From NCBI GenBank assembly GCA_027483385.1, contig JAIXUT010000030.1, forward strand, positions 2,659 to 66,658: a stretch of 64,000 nt of DNA, given 5' to 3'. Below the pieces are notes generated by a model that did no database searches, had not been told where the DNA came from, and saw nothing but the letters and a program-made list of their open reading frames with translations. This DNA is from Alphaproteobacteria bacterium (GTDB taxonomy: Bacteria; Pseudomonadota; Alphaproteobacteria; UBA2136; UBA6156). The position numbers were made by a program, and so were the translations under genes. Positions 1 through 9,189 of the stretch are shown here, in pieces. Numbering within the stretch: the stretch's first letter is position 1; every line of letters begins with the position of its first letter.

Positions 1-415
1 GTGTTGGCCACCACGCTGGCGGTTTTACGCCCTACTCCCGGAAGCGCTTCCAGGGCGGGCAGGCTGTGCGGAACTTCCCCGTCGTGGCGTCCCATCAGCA
101 GCCGAGAAAGCGCCAGCACATGCTTGGCCTTGGTCTGGTACAGGCCAATTGTGCGGATTGCCTGCCGTAGATTTTCTTCGCCCCAGGCCAGCATGTCGGC
201 AGGTGTGCGAATTTGCGGGAAAAACTGGGCTGTGGCTTTGTTCACCGCCACATCGGTGGTCTGGGCACTCATCACCACCGCGATCAGCAGCTGGTAGGCG
301 TTGCCGTAGGCCAGCTCGGTCGTGGGGTTGGGGTTGGCTGCGTGGAAGGTGGCAAACAAGGCAGCCACTTCGGCGGGGGTTTTGCGCTTGGCCGGGCGTT
401 CAAGCTTGCTTACCA
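1..415 (-). CDS. nth: endonuclease III (Nth), N-terminal part; the gene runs off the left edge of the window
   Basis: Minus-strand translation from the ATG at 415..413 gives MVSKLERPAKRKTPAEVAALFATFHAANPNPTTELAYGNAYQLLIAVVMSAQTTDVAVNKA...LPGVGRKTASVV. This matches the Nth helix-hairpin-helix region. No stop codon before position 1. Confidence 0.7.
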
Positions 416-859
416 TAGCCAAAAATGCAGCCCCGCCGCCATCACGGCAAAGGCGCCAGCGATAAACAGGCTGGCATCGATGCTGTCATCGCCGTTTAAA
501 ATTGTCAGCACCACCATGCTGGCCAGTGCGGGCGTGAACAACACCACAAACACCGGGTGGGCCAGCCATTGCCAGAAAGGCGTTGGGTGCAGCAGGCTGC
601 CCAGCAGCCAGAATAAGCCTCCCACGCACATAAACAGACTATCCAGCACCACGCCCTGTTGGCTGCGCAGCAGTTCGAGCGATAAAATGACAAAACCAAC
701 CAGCACCAGCAGCGGCCCAAGACCCACCATCAAGCCCGCATTTGCCACACCCCACGCCAGCCATTCCAGCGGTAACAGCGGCAAGGCGCGCTGCACCAAC
801 ACACCAAGCCCCGCTGCCAGCCAGGCGGCGGGGAGCGAGACCAGAATCAGTTGAATCAT
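410..859 (-). CDS. small polytopic membrane protein (149 aa), function unknown
   Basis: ORF track; about 4 hydrophobic helices. ATGA overlap with the upstream epimerase gene suggests translational coupling. No recognisable motif. Confidence 0.45.
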   Translation of the reverse strand: MIQLILVSLPAAWLAAGLGVLVQRALPLLPLEWLAWGVANAGLMVGLGPLLVLVGFVILSLELLRSQQGVVLDSLFMCVGGLFWLLGSLLHPTPFWQWLAHPVFVVLFTPALASMVVLTILNGDDSIDASLFIAGAFAVMAAGLHFWLW

Positions 860-1863
860 GCCAGCAGCTCCAGATGCTTAAGATACCACGCATTCAGTTT
901 GGTGAGGCCGTCTTCAAGCTTGGTATTGGGCGCCCAGCCTACCGCTGCTTGCAATTTTTGGGTGTTGGCGCTGGTGCGGTACACTTCGGTGGCAGGGCGT
1001 GGCACCTTTTGCACCAAGGCCGCCTTACCCGTCACGCGCTCCAGGGTAACAATATAATCATCCAAACGTGTGGGCTGCTGGTTGCCCAGGTTATAAATTT
1101 CGTGTGGCACAAGCGAGGTTGGAGGATACGGTAGCAGGCGCATGATGGCTTCGACAATATCGTCGATGTAAGTAAAATCGCGCCACAGGTCGCCGTGGTT
1201 ATAAAGCTTAATTTCTTTCCCTTGGTGCAGGGCGTTTAAAAACAGTAGCGGGCTCATATCGGGGCGTCCCCAGGGGCCGTACACGGTAAAAAACCGTAGC
1301 CCCGTGCACGGCGTGCCAAACTGGGCCGCCCAGGCATGGGTAATAACTTCATCGGCCACCTTAGTTGCGGCATAGAGGCTGGCCGGGGTATTCACGGGGT
1401 CGGTTTCGAGAAACCCGGCCGCATCGTCTTCGCGGTTGCCATACACACTGCTGCTGCTGGCATAGAGCAGGTGTGCCAGGGGGGTGCCTGCATCGGCCAA
1501 CACTTTACTTATTTGTAAAATATTAAAATGGCCAACCAAATTGCTTTGTAAAAAAGGCTGCTGGGCAGTCAGGCCATAGCGCACACCAGCTTGGGCGGCG
1601 AGATGCAGCAAGTGGGTGGGCCGCGCCTGCAAAACCAGTGTGGTAAGTGCCGCTAGGTCGGTGATATCCAGCTGCTGAAACCTAAAATTTTCTGCCTTGG
1701 GGTGGGCGACCAGTTGGGCCAGCCGGGCCTGCTTGAGCGCGGGGCTGTAATAATCATTGAGGTTATCCACCCCCACCACATGCCAACCCTCTGCCAACAG
1801 TCGCTGGGCACAGGCAAAGCCAATAAAACCCGCAACGCCCGTGACCAGAATTGTTTGGGTCAT
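856..1863 (-). CDS. NAD-dependent sugar-nucleotide epimerase/dehydratase (UDP-glucuronate/UDP-GlcNAc 4-epimerase-like)
   Basis: N-terminal Rossmann motif ILVTGVAGFIGF. Has the catalytic YxxxK-type core (YAATK) of extended short-chain dehydrogenases (SDRs). 335 aa. Confidence 0.85.
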   Translation of the reverse strand: MTQTILVTGVAGFIGFACAQRLLAEGWHVVGVDNLNDYYSPALKQARLAQLVAHPKAENFRFQQLDITDLAALTTLVLQARPTHLLHLAAQAGVRYGLTAQQPFLQSNLVGHFNILQISKVLADAGTPLAHLLYASSSSVYGNREDDAAGFLETDPVNTPASLYAATKVADEVITHAWAAQFGTPCTGLRFFTVYGPWGRPDMSPLLFLNALHQGKEIKLYNHGDLWRDFTYIDDIVEAIMRLLPYPPTSLVPHEIYNLGNQQPTRLDDYIVTLERVTGKAALVQKVPRPATEVYRTSANTQKLQAAVGWAPNTKLEDGLTKLNAWYLKHLELLA

Positions 1864-1866
1864 GGC

Positions 1867-2811
1867 CTAGCCCTCGCGTGGCTCCTTGCGGCGCTCGAAC
1901 TTGGCCGCTGTTTCCTGTAAAAACGGCATCAAGCGCGGGGCAATGTAGGGGTCTTGCATGGCAAAATACAGGTTGGCCATCTGGAAGCCGACTTTATCGC
2001 CGCAATCGAAGCGGGTGTTTTGTTGCAAATACGCCTGAAAGCCTTCGGTGGCGGCCACCTGGGCCATGGCATCGGTCAGCTGAATTTCGTTACCCTTGCC
2101 AGGCTTGGCGTTGGCCAAATACTGCCTATGGCGGGCGCTTAGCACATAGCGGCCAACAATCGCACAGCGGCTGGGGGCATCTTCAGGTTTTGGTTTTTCC
2201 ACAAACCCCTTAATTGGCATACTACCGTTCACGATTGGCCCTGAAGGGTCACAAATTCCGTAATTCACGGTGCGTTCCAGCGGTACTTCTTCGGCCAGCA
2301 CCACGCTTTGGCCCGTCCGTTCGTACAGCTCAATCATTGCTTTTAAGTCATTACCATTGCTGCGGCATAAAATATCATCGGGCAAAATCACCACAAACGG
2401 ATCATCGCCGGTAATCACATGCCCGCAATGCACGGCGTGGCCGAGGCCTAAGGGTTCACCTTGGCGGGTGTAATACAGCCGGGCATCCTTCGGCAAAATG
2501 TTGGTCACGCTTTCAAGCTCGGCCAGCTTGCCCTTTTTTTGCAGGGTGTCGGCCAGCTCGTAGGGGTAATCGAAGTGGTTTTCCATGGCCGCCTTACCAC
2601 GGCCTGTAATGATGATGAATTCCCGAATCCCGGCCTCGTAGGCCTCTTCCAGCGCATACTGAATGATGGGTTTGTTCACCACCGTCAGCATTTCCTTGGG
2701 CATGGCCTTGGTGGCAGGCAAAAAGCGGGTACCAAGGCCAGCAGCCGGGATGATGGCCTTGGTAACTTTACGGTGAGGGGCTTCGGTAAGTTTAGGATTT
2801 TGCAGGTTCAT
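1867..2811 (-). CDS. galU: UTP--glucose-1-phosphate uridylyltransferase
   Basis: VTKAIIPAAGLGTRFLPATKAMPKEMLTVVNKPIIQYALEEA is the GalU signature. Start placed at MNLQNPK. The ORF-track start further upstream is a TTG extension. Confidence 0.85.
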   Translation of the reverse strand: MNLQNPKLTEAPHRKVTKAIIPAAGLGTRFLPATKAMPKEMLTVVNKPIIQYALEEAYEAGIREFIIITGRGKAAMENHFDYPYELADTLQKKGKLAELESVTNILPKDARLYYTRQGEPLGLGHAVHCGHVITGDDPFVVILPDDILCRSNGNDLKAMIELYERTGQSVVLAEEVPLERTVNYGICDPSGPIVNGSMPIKGFVEKPKPEDAPSRCAIVGRYVLSARHRQYLANAKPGKGNEIQLTDAMAQVAATEGFQAYLQQNTRFDCGDKVGFQMANLYFAMQDPYIAPRLMPFLQETAAKFERRKEPREG

Positions 2812-3790
2812 GGGCGCGGATATACCACGCCACTGCCGCCATGAGAAGCAGGCCAACGATAAAACCTATTTCGGGCCAGCCGTAGGCCAAAGTAATGAGG
2901 GCAATCGCCAGCAGCCCTAAGTTAAGCACCAGCACATAAACGGTTAATGTGCGGTGGCTCAGCCCCAGGCGCAAAGCACGGTGGAACCAGAAGGTTTTAT
3001 GCGGCACCCAGGGCGCATGGCCATGGGCAATTCGGCGCACCAATGTGCTGGTAGCATCGGCGCAAAACACCAAGGCGACGGTGGCCAGCGGCCACAGCAG
3101 CTGCCAGGTATTATCGGCAGCGGCCACAAGTAAAAGCCCGCCCAGCACAAACCCAAGCCAGGTGCTGCCAACATCGCCTAAAAAAATGCTTGCCGGCGCA
3201 CCATTTACTCGCTGCAGGCCGGCGGCCCCAGCTGCCACCAGCAAGGCCAAGGGCGCAAATGGCGGGGCCAGAATCGCCACCGCACAGCCCAAAAAAACCG
3301 CATTGCCGCTGGCCAATCCATCGGCGCCATCCATAAAGTTGTACAGGTTTACAAACCAGCCCCAGGCCAGCAGCAGAATTATTTTTTCCACCCACCAGGG
3401 CACCACCATTGTCTGTGGAAAGATATCGAACAGGGGCGGCAAGTAGGCCAGCGCCAAGGCCACCGCGGGCAGGTGCACGGCCAAGCGCAGTTGGGGGTCA
3501 AGCGGGGCGTGGTCATCGCGCCAGCCAATGAATGCCACACCCAGACTGGCCAGCATGAGAATATAAAGAAAATTATCGTGCGGCGGCTGCAGCCACCAAA
3601 TGGCTAGCAGCCCAAGCGGCACCACCACCATTGGCAACAACATGCCGCCGCCGTGGGGGGTAGGGGTATGGTGGCTGCTACGGGCCGAAACTTCGGCCAC
3701 CAGCCCATGACGGCGGCAGTAGTAAACCGCCCAGGGCCCTAAGAGGGCTACCACCCCAAACGCCAGAAATAAAAGGCCAATGAGCAGCAA
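2792..3790 (-). CDS. polyprenol-phosphate HexNAc-1-phosphate transferase, GT4 / MraY-WecA family (priming glycosyltransferase)
   Basis: 332 aa polytopic membrane protein with WecA/WbpL-like loops, including the DD motif in NFMDGADGLASG. Adjacent to galU and an epimerase. Confidence 0.75.
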   Translation of the reverse strand: MLLIGLLFLAFGVVALLGPWAVYYCRRHGLVAEVSARSSHHTPTPHGGGMLLPMVVVPLGLLAIWWLQPPHDNFLYILMLASLGVAFIGWRDDHAPLDPQLRLAVHLPAVALALAYLPPLFDIFPQTMVVPWWVEKIILLLAWGWFVNLYNFMDGADGLASGNAVFLGCAVAILAPPFAPLALLVAAGAAGLQRVNGAPASIFLGDVGSTWLGFVLGGLLLVAAADNTWQLLWPLATVALVFCADATSTLVRRIAHGHAPWVPHKTFWFHRALRLGLSHRTLTVYVLVLNLGLLAIALITLAYGWPEIGFIVGLLLMAAVAWYIRAHEPAKS

Positions 3791-3792
3791 AG

Positions 3793-5043
3793 TTAAGCCC
3801 TTAACAGCTTCTGAAACAGCCCCACATACTGCGCCGCCAAGGCCGAATGTAAAAAGTGCTTGGCCACATAGGCGCGGCCAGCTGCCGCCATTTGGGCGCG
3901 GCGGGCAGGGTCATCCAACAGCGTGGCTAAGGCTTCGGCCATCCGTTCGGCATCTTCGCTCGGCACCACCAAGGCACTACCACTTTCGCGCATAATTTCG
4001 GCTCCTTCGCCTTGCAAAGCGGCCACTGCGCAGCTCTCAGCAGCCATGATTTCAAACATTTTGCTCGGGATAAACATGGCAAAGTCGGGGATATTCTTTA
4101 AGCATACTAAGTTAATATCGGCCATCTGGTAATAGGCCCAAACTTCGGCGTGGCTCACACTTGGCAGAAACTGCAAGTTGGGCACGCCCTTGGCGTAATC
4201 AACCAACCTTTGCTTTTCCGCTCCTCCACCAACCAGCAAAAACAGTGTATCGGTGCGTCGCCCCAGCAAACGTGCTGCGTCTATCACTTGGGTTAAGGCC
4301 TGGGCTTCGCCGTGGTTACCAATATAAAGCACAATTTTGGTCAGTGGCGAAAGCCCAAGCTTGGCCCGCAGCTGGGTGGTCGCGCCTGTCTGGCGCGGCT
4401 GCGTGGCGGCGGCGTAGTCGGCGTCACTCACGCCGTTAAACACCACGCCTAACTTTTCCTTGGCAATTCCACGCTCGGCAATGTTGCGAGCAAAGCTGCG
4501 GGTCACGGTCACGATGGCATCGGCTTTGCGATACAAAAACATTTCCAGCTTTTCTAGCATGGTAAGCGCCAGACCAGGCTTTAAAATATTCATCTGCACA
4601 AAAATCGCGGGCCACAAATCGCGCACTTCAAAGATAAATTTGGCGCCATGCTTACGCGCCAACAACCAGCCCGAAACCGCACAGAAAAAATTGGGCGACG
4701 ACGCAATAACAATGTCGGGCTTCATGGCCGTACGCAATGTAAGGTTGTGCCACCACACCGTGAAGGCGAAGCTTAGCAGGTTCAGCACCCGCCCCACCCG
4801 CCCCTTGTTGGGCGTGGCATAGAGCCAATGACGATGCACCGGGGTGCCTTCGTACTCTTCGATAAAAAAGGCGGGCTTGCCACGGTAGGCCTCAGGCACC
4901 ACGCCTTCGGGGTGGTTGGGGATGCCCGTCAGTACCGTGACGTTCATGCCCTGTTGGCGCCAACAGCGCACCAGGCCACTTAAGCGCGTGGAAGGGGCGC
5001 CAATTTCGGGCGGGTAGTATTGCGAGATAAGCCAAACATTCAT
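3793..5043 (-). CDS. glycosyltransferase family 1 (GT-B, WcaI-like)
   Basis: 416 aa. The N-terminus MNVWLISQYYPPEIGAPSTR and C-terminal E-x7-E region are typical of GT1 enzymes. Confidence 0.8.
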   Translation of the reverse strand: MNVWLISQYYPPEIGAPSTRLSGLVRCWRQQGMNVTVLTGIPNHPEGVVPEAYRGKPAFFIEEYEGTPVHRHWLYATPNKGRVGRVLNLLSFAFTVWWHNLTLRTAMKPDIVIASSPNFFCAVSGWLLARKHGAKFIFEVRDLWPAIFVQMNILKPGLALTMLEKLEMFLYRKADAIVTVTRSFARNIAERGIAKEKLGVVFNGVSDADYAAATQPRQTGATTQLRAKLGLSPLTKIVLYIGNHGEAQALTQVIDAARLLGRRTDTLFLLVGGGAEKQRLVDYAKGVPNLQFLPSVSHAEVWAYYQMADINLVCLKNIPDFAMFIPSKMFEIMAAESCAVAALQGEGAEIMRESGSALVVPSEDAERMAEALATLLDDPARRAQMAAAGRAYVAKHFLHSALAAQYVGLFQKLLRA

Positions 5044-5065
5044 GATTGTAATTTACCAGAAAATA

Positions 5066-7714
5066 TTAATCTTTGGCGGCGACTGCCACTTGGCTAGGCG
5101 CGTTTAATTGGTTTTTAAGTTGGTACAACATGGCCAAGGCTTCGCGGGGCGAAAGGCCATCCACATCGGTGGCGCGGAGGGTTTGTTCCAGCACCGAAGG
5201 CATAGCGGCCAAGGGGGCAGAAGGTTGCGTAAACAGGCTCAGGCTATCCAGCCGTGCCACGGCCTGCTTGCCCCCCTTGGCGGCGGCTTCAAAGCCGTTC
5301 AGTAAGGCCTGCGCCCGCTGCACCACGGCCCCTGGCACGCCCGCCAGCTTGGCCACCTGTACGCCAAAGCTGCCCTGTGCAGCGCCCTCCCGCACCTGGT
5401 GTAAAAACACCAATTCATCCTGCCAAACTTTCACGGTCAGCTGATGATTGCTGACCCCTTGAAGCTGGTCGGCCAGGACGGTCAGTTCATGGTAATGCGT
5501 GGCAAACAGGCTGCGACATTGCACGCGCTGTACCAGGTCTTCGGTGCAGGCCCACGCCAGGGCCAGGCCATCGTAGGTGGCGGTACCACGGCCCAGTTCA
5601 TCTAAAATCACCAAACTCTGCGCGGTGGCGCGGTTCAAAATCGCGGCGGTTTCGAGCATTTCTACCATGAAGGTACTCTGCCCAGCGGCCAGATTATCGG
5701 CCGCCCCAACACGGCAAAAAATGGCATCGGCCACACCCACCACGGCCTTAGAAGCCGGCACGTAGCTGCCCAATTGCGCGAGAATCACTAGCAGCGCCGT
5801 TTGCCGCAAAAAGGTACTTTTCCCCGCCATGTTGGGCCCCGTCAGCAGCCACAGGTGGCCGCTCTCAAGCTGCACACTGTTGGCGACAAAGCTGGGTACG
5901 CGGGTGGCCACCACCGGGTGCTTGGCGTCCAGCAGTTCCAACGCCCCTGAATCTTCCAGTGTGGGCGCTACCCAGGCGTGGGTCTGGGCCACTTCGGCGA
6001 GGGCTTGCAGGGCGTCCATAGTCGCCAGCGCTTCGGCCACCTGCAGCAGCGCCACGCTGTGGGCCTGCACAGCGGCCACCAAAGTGGCCAGCAATGCCTC
6101 TTCGCACTGCTGCGCCTGGGCGGCTGCGTTGCCAAGGTCGCGCTCCAGCGCCAACAGTGCTGGCGTGCTGTAACGGTGGCTGGTGGTGGTGGTCTGGCGG
6201 TGCACCCAGTGGCTCGGTATGGTAGCACTGGCTTTGCCGAGTTCTAAGTAATACCCCCACACCTGGTTGTAGCGCAGCTTTACGGGTAACCCGCTGGCGG
6301 TAGCTTCGGTCGCCTCCAGTTCGGCCAGTAAATTTTGCGCGTTGGCCTGCAGGCTGCGCAGGCTATCGAGTGCCGCGTCAAAGCCTGCGGCAATGAAGCC
6401 ACCGTCGCGCACCAGGGCGGGGAGGGGGTCGGGTGCCAGGGCGCGGGTTAATAATTCTGTGAGGGTGCTTAAGCCATTCAGGCCGCTGGCGTGGCTGCCC
6501 AGCAAGCCCCCCGAAGTTTGAAGCAGGTCATAAAGATTGGGCAGTGCCTGGCCAGTGTTGCGTAGCAGCCCCAAGTCGCGCGGGCTGCCACGGCCCAGCA
6601 TTAAACGGCTGGCGGCACGGGCCACATCGCCCGTGGGTTGCAGGCCGCTGCGTAAAGCTGCCCTAAGCGTAGGGTTTTCAAACAAAGTGGTCACGGCCTG
6701 CTGACGGGCCAGAATTGGTACCACTTGGGCCAGCGGCTCGGCCACCCAGCGGGCCAGCAAGCGCCCGCCTGCCGCTGTCACTGTTTCATCCAGCACACCC
6801 AGCAAGGTGTCGGCCCGTTGGCCGCTGGGGCTTTCGGTGAGATCGAGGCTTTTGCGCGTGGCGGCATCCAGCTGTAAATGGGTCTGCGCCAGTTGTACCT
6901 GCGGTGGGCGCAAGCTGGGCAGGGCGCCCATTTGGGTCAGTTCGGCGTAGCCGACCAACGCCCCCACTGCCACAATGCGGGCGGGTTCGGTGAGGCCCAA
7001 GCCCGCCAGTTCTGTCACTTTGTAAGCCCGCAGCAGGGCGGCACGCGCCGTACTTTCAGCAAACAGTTGCGGCTGTACCGAGACCAACTTGCGGGCCACG
7101 ATACCTTCCAATAAAGGCTGTAGGTCGGCGGGCACCACCAGCTCACCAATCGGCAGCGCCGCCAGCGTATGGGCCAACTGGCCAGCACCGAGGCCCCGCA
7201 GGCCAACTTCGCCGGTGCTGATATCCAGCCACGCCAGAATGAGCCGCTGTGGTTGATGAGATGCCTGTTGCGGGGGTTGGTCGGTATCGGCCGCCAGTAC
7301 CGCCAGCAGGCTGGGGCGTTTGGCATCGAGATACGCATCTTCAGTTAAGGTGCCAGGGGTAAACAGCCGCACCACGCCGCGCTGCACCAACGCACTGCCG
7401 CCACGCATTTTGGCGGCTTCGGGGGTTTCCAGCTGTTCGGCCAGCGCCACCTTGTGGCCGTTGCTTAACAGCTTGCCAATGTAGCCTTCGGCAGCGTGGT
7501 AGGGCACACCGCACATCGGGGTGCCCTCGTCGCCTTCCCGTGCGGTACGGCGACGCGTGAGGGTAATTTGCAGCACTTGGCTGGCAACCAGGGCATCGTC
7601 GGCAAACAGTTCGTAAAAATCGCCCATCCGGAACATCAGCATCGCGTGCGGATACTGCGCCTTAAGTTCGGCGTATTGCTTCATGACGGGAGTTGTGGGT
7701 AATGCCAAACTCAT
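5066..7714 (-). CDS. mutS: DNA mismatch repair protein MutS
   Basis: 882 aa. N-terminal TPVMKQYAELKAQYPHAMLMFRMGDFYELFADDA and a Walker A motif (GPNMAGKST) in the ATPase domain. Confidence 0.95.
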   Translation of the reverse strand: MSLALPTTPVMKQYAELKAQYPHAMLMFRMGDFYELFADDALVASQVLQITLTRRRTAREGDEGTPMCGVPYHAAEGYIGKLLSNGHKVALAEQLETPEAAKMRGGSALVQRGVVRLFTPGTLTEDAYLDAKRPSLLAVLAADTDQPPQQASHQPQRLILAWLDISTGEVGLRGLGAGQLAHTLAALPIGELVVPADLQPLLEGIVARKLVSVQPQLFAESTARAALLRAYKVTELAGLGLTEPARIVAVGALVGYAELTQMGALPSLRPPQVQLAQTHLQLDAATRKSLDLTESPSGQRADTLLGVLDETVTAAGGRLLARWVAEPLAQVVPILARQQAVTTLFENPTLRAALRSGLQPTGDVARAASRLMLGRGSPRDLGLLRNTGQALPNLYDLLQTSGGLLGSHASGLNGLSTLTELLTRALAPDPLPALVRDGGFIAAGFDAALDSLRSLQANAQNLLAELEATEATASGLPVKLRYNQVWGYYLELGKASATIPSHWVHRQTTTTSHRYSTPALLALERDLGNAAAQAQQCEEALLATLVAAVQAHSVALLQVAEALATMDALQALAEVAQTHAWVAPTLEDSGALELLDAKHPVVATRVPSFVANSVQLESGHLWLLTGPNMAGKSTFLRQTALLVILAQLGSYVPASKAVVGVADAIFCRVGAADNLAAGQSTFMVEMLETAAILNRATAQSLVILDELGRGTATYDGLALAWACTEDLVQRVQCRSLFATHYHELTVLADQLQGVSNHQLTVKVWQDELVFLHQVREGAAQGSFGVQVAKLAGVPGAVVQRAQALLNGFEAAAKGGKQAVARLDSLSLFTQPSAPLAAMPSVLEQTLRATDVDGLSPREALAMLYQLKNQLNAPSQVAVAAKD

Positions 7715-8541
7715 TGTGCCACCTGCGGAATGACCTGCAACTGCTCGGGGTGAGTGACGCGTACCAGCACGCCGTTCACGGGCTGCGCCACGCCGCGTAC
7801 CATCACTTCTTTGCCCAAATAGGTGTTCAGGCTAAACGGCGGCGGCTTGGCGGCACCTTTGGCGCGACGTTGGCCTTTACTGGAAGCTGGCCGAAAATAT
7901 TTCAGGTTTTTATCGTCAATCACCACACTAAAATCGGTGCGCCAATCGGGGCCAAAATTTAAAAACGTGCGGTTGCCCACCTTGGCCAGCGCCTGCACCG
8001 TCCCGCGCACCAATACAAAGGTGCCAATATCGGCCTCGGCGCAACATATATTCGCCGCCCGCACCTGCCAGCGGGGCAGGGCCCAGAGCCCCACCGCTTC
8101 AGCCCGGGCGGCTACTTCCAGCGCCAGCAGTTCGGGGCCGTACACGCGGTTATCGGGGAAGGTGTAAACATGCGCAAAGCCGCCGCGCACCAGCCCGCCG
8201 TTCACCCAGGCGTTGCGCGACCCATTCCTTAAATAAACATGCCCCAGCACGCGCTCGTAAGGGTCGTAAACCCGCCCGCCCAGTTGCACCTGCACGGGCT
8301 GCCCCAACGCCAAGTGCTGCAAGGCAAGTTTCGCCTGCGTGGCCAATGGCTCGGCGGGGAGGTCATCGTGCGCCAGTTCCGGCGTGTTGATATCGAGCAG
8401 CCGCACAACATGCCCGGTATCGAGGCGCAGGGTGTCGCCATCGGATACATGCACCACCGTGCCGTTGAGCACCCCAAACGGTTGCAGCTCGGCCACCGCC
8501 AGGGTGGGGAGCAGCAGCAGCGCGCAAAGCAGGCGGAACAT
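7711..8541 (-). CDS. secreted staphylococcal-nuclease (SNase/thermonuclease)-like protein with C-terminal extension
   Basis: Signal peptide MFRLLCALLLLPTLAVA. SNase-like VVHVSDGDTLRL...DINTPE motif. Start moved to the internal Met that begins the signal peptide. Confidence 0.7.
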   Translation of the reverse strand: MFRLLCALLLLPTLAVAELQPFGVLNGTVVHVSDGDTLRLDTGHVVRLLDINTPELAHDDLPAEPLATQAKLALQHLALGQPVQVQLGGRVYDPYERVLGHVYLRNGSRNAWVNGGLVRGGFAHVYTFPDNRVYGPELLALEVAARAEAVGLWALPRWQVRAANICCAEADIGTFVLVRGTVQALAKVGNRTFLNFGPDWRTDFSVVIDDKNLKYFRPASSKGQRRAKGAAKPPPFSLNTYLGKEVMVRGVAQPVNGVLVRVTHPEQLQVIPQVAQ

Positions 8542-8600
8542 AGCGGCTGTTGTAGCAGAGGCTTGACCGTTGGGGAAGCCATGGGCCATAGCAGCCCTGT

Positions 8601-8675
8601 GTCGCCGTCGTTCAATGGATAGGACGAGAGCCTCCTAAGCTCTAAATCCCGGTTCGACTCCGGGCGGAGACGCCA
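8601..8675 (+). tRNA. tRNA-Arg (anticodon CCT)
   Basis: Manual cloverleaf fold. D-arm gttc/aatggata/ggac. Anticodon stem agagc/gctct with loop ctCCTaa. T-arm cccgg/ttcgact/ccggg. Acceptor stem has a single G4:A69 mismatch. Discriminator G and an encoded CCA. The D-loop resembles E. coli argW. Confidence 0.8.
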
Positions 8676-8763
8676 GTTGACTGTTTATGTTATTATGTGT
8701 ATCCAATAAAAATGCTATTCTTGCGCCACTTTGGCTCAAGTAAGGGACATTCAGGAGTTTCCT

Positions 8764-9042
8764 ATGGAAAAAATCTCTCAAGCGGTAATCCTTAGCGGAT
8801 TATCCATCTTACTGGCTGGGTGTGATTTACCTTTCACTCCCTTTGAGCCTCCAAAACCACCAACACCTCAAGAAATCGCCGATTCTGCAGAGTTTCCCGA
8901 TGGGCGTTTTAGGTTGGTGAAATTACCAAAAGACCCTCCCAATATGCTGATTGATGGCGAAACAGGTTGTCGATATTTGTACAGGGTACAAGGTGGTATA
9001 ACACCTTTACTCACCAAGGAGGGCAAGCCCGATTGTAGATGA
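8764..9042 (+). CDS. small lipoprotein, function unknown
   Basis: MEKISQAVILSGLSILLAGC carries a lipobox (LAGC). Sits in an AT-rich stretch downstream of tRNA-Arg. Confidence 0.55.
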   Translation: MEKISQAVILSGLSILLAGCDLPFTPFEPPKPPTPQEIADSAEFPDGRFRLVKLPKDPPNMLIDGETGCRYLYRVQGGITPLLTKEGKPDCR

Positions 9043-9048
9043 TAACTT

Positions 9049-9092
9049 TTACCCCCGTGAACGCTGTTCATGGGGGCCATTTTATTTTAAAT
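9049..9092 (+). terminator. rho-independent terminator after the lipoprotein gene
   Basis: Hairpin cccccgtgaac/gttcatggggg followed by ccattttatttt. Confidence 0.5.
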
Positions 9093-9118
9093 TTTATAAT
9101 TTACGCGCAAGTGCACGC
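9093..9118. promoter_or_regulatory. TATAAT-containing AT-rich box plus TTACGCGCAAG motif upstream of topA; the motif recurs at 26988..27026
   Basis: ttttataatTTACGCGCAAGtgcacg. TACGCGCA occurs again at 9133. A perfect palindrome CGCGTACGCG lies at 9130-9139. Confidence 0.3.
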
Positions 9119-9189
9119 CGCCCGCGCACGCGTACGCGCAGGTAAACTTGCTTGACACCAGCGCCACTTAGCAGCTACCCCTTGCGGCA

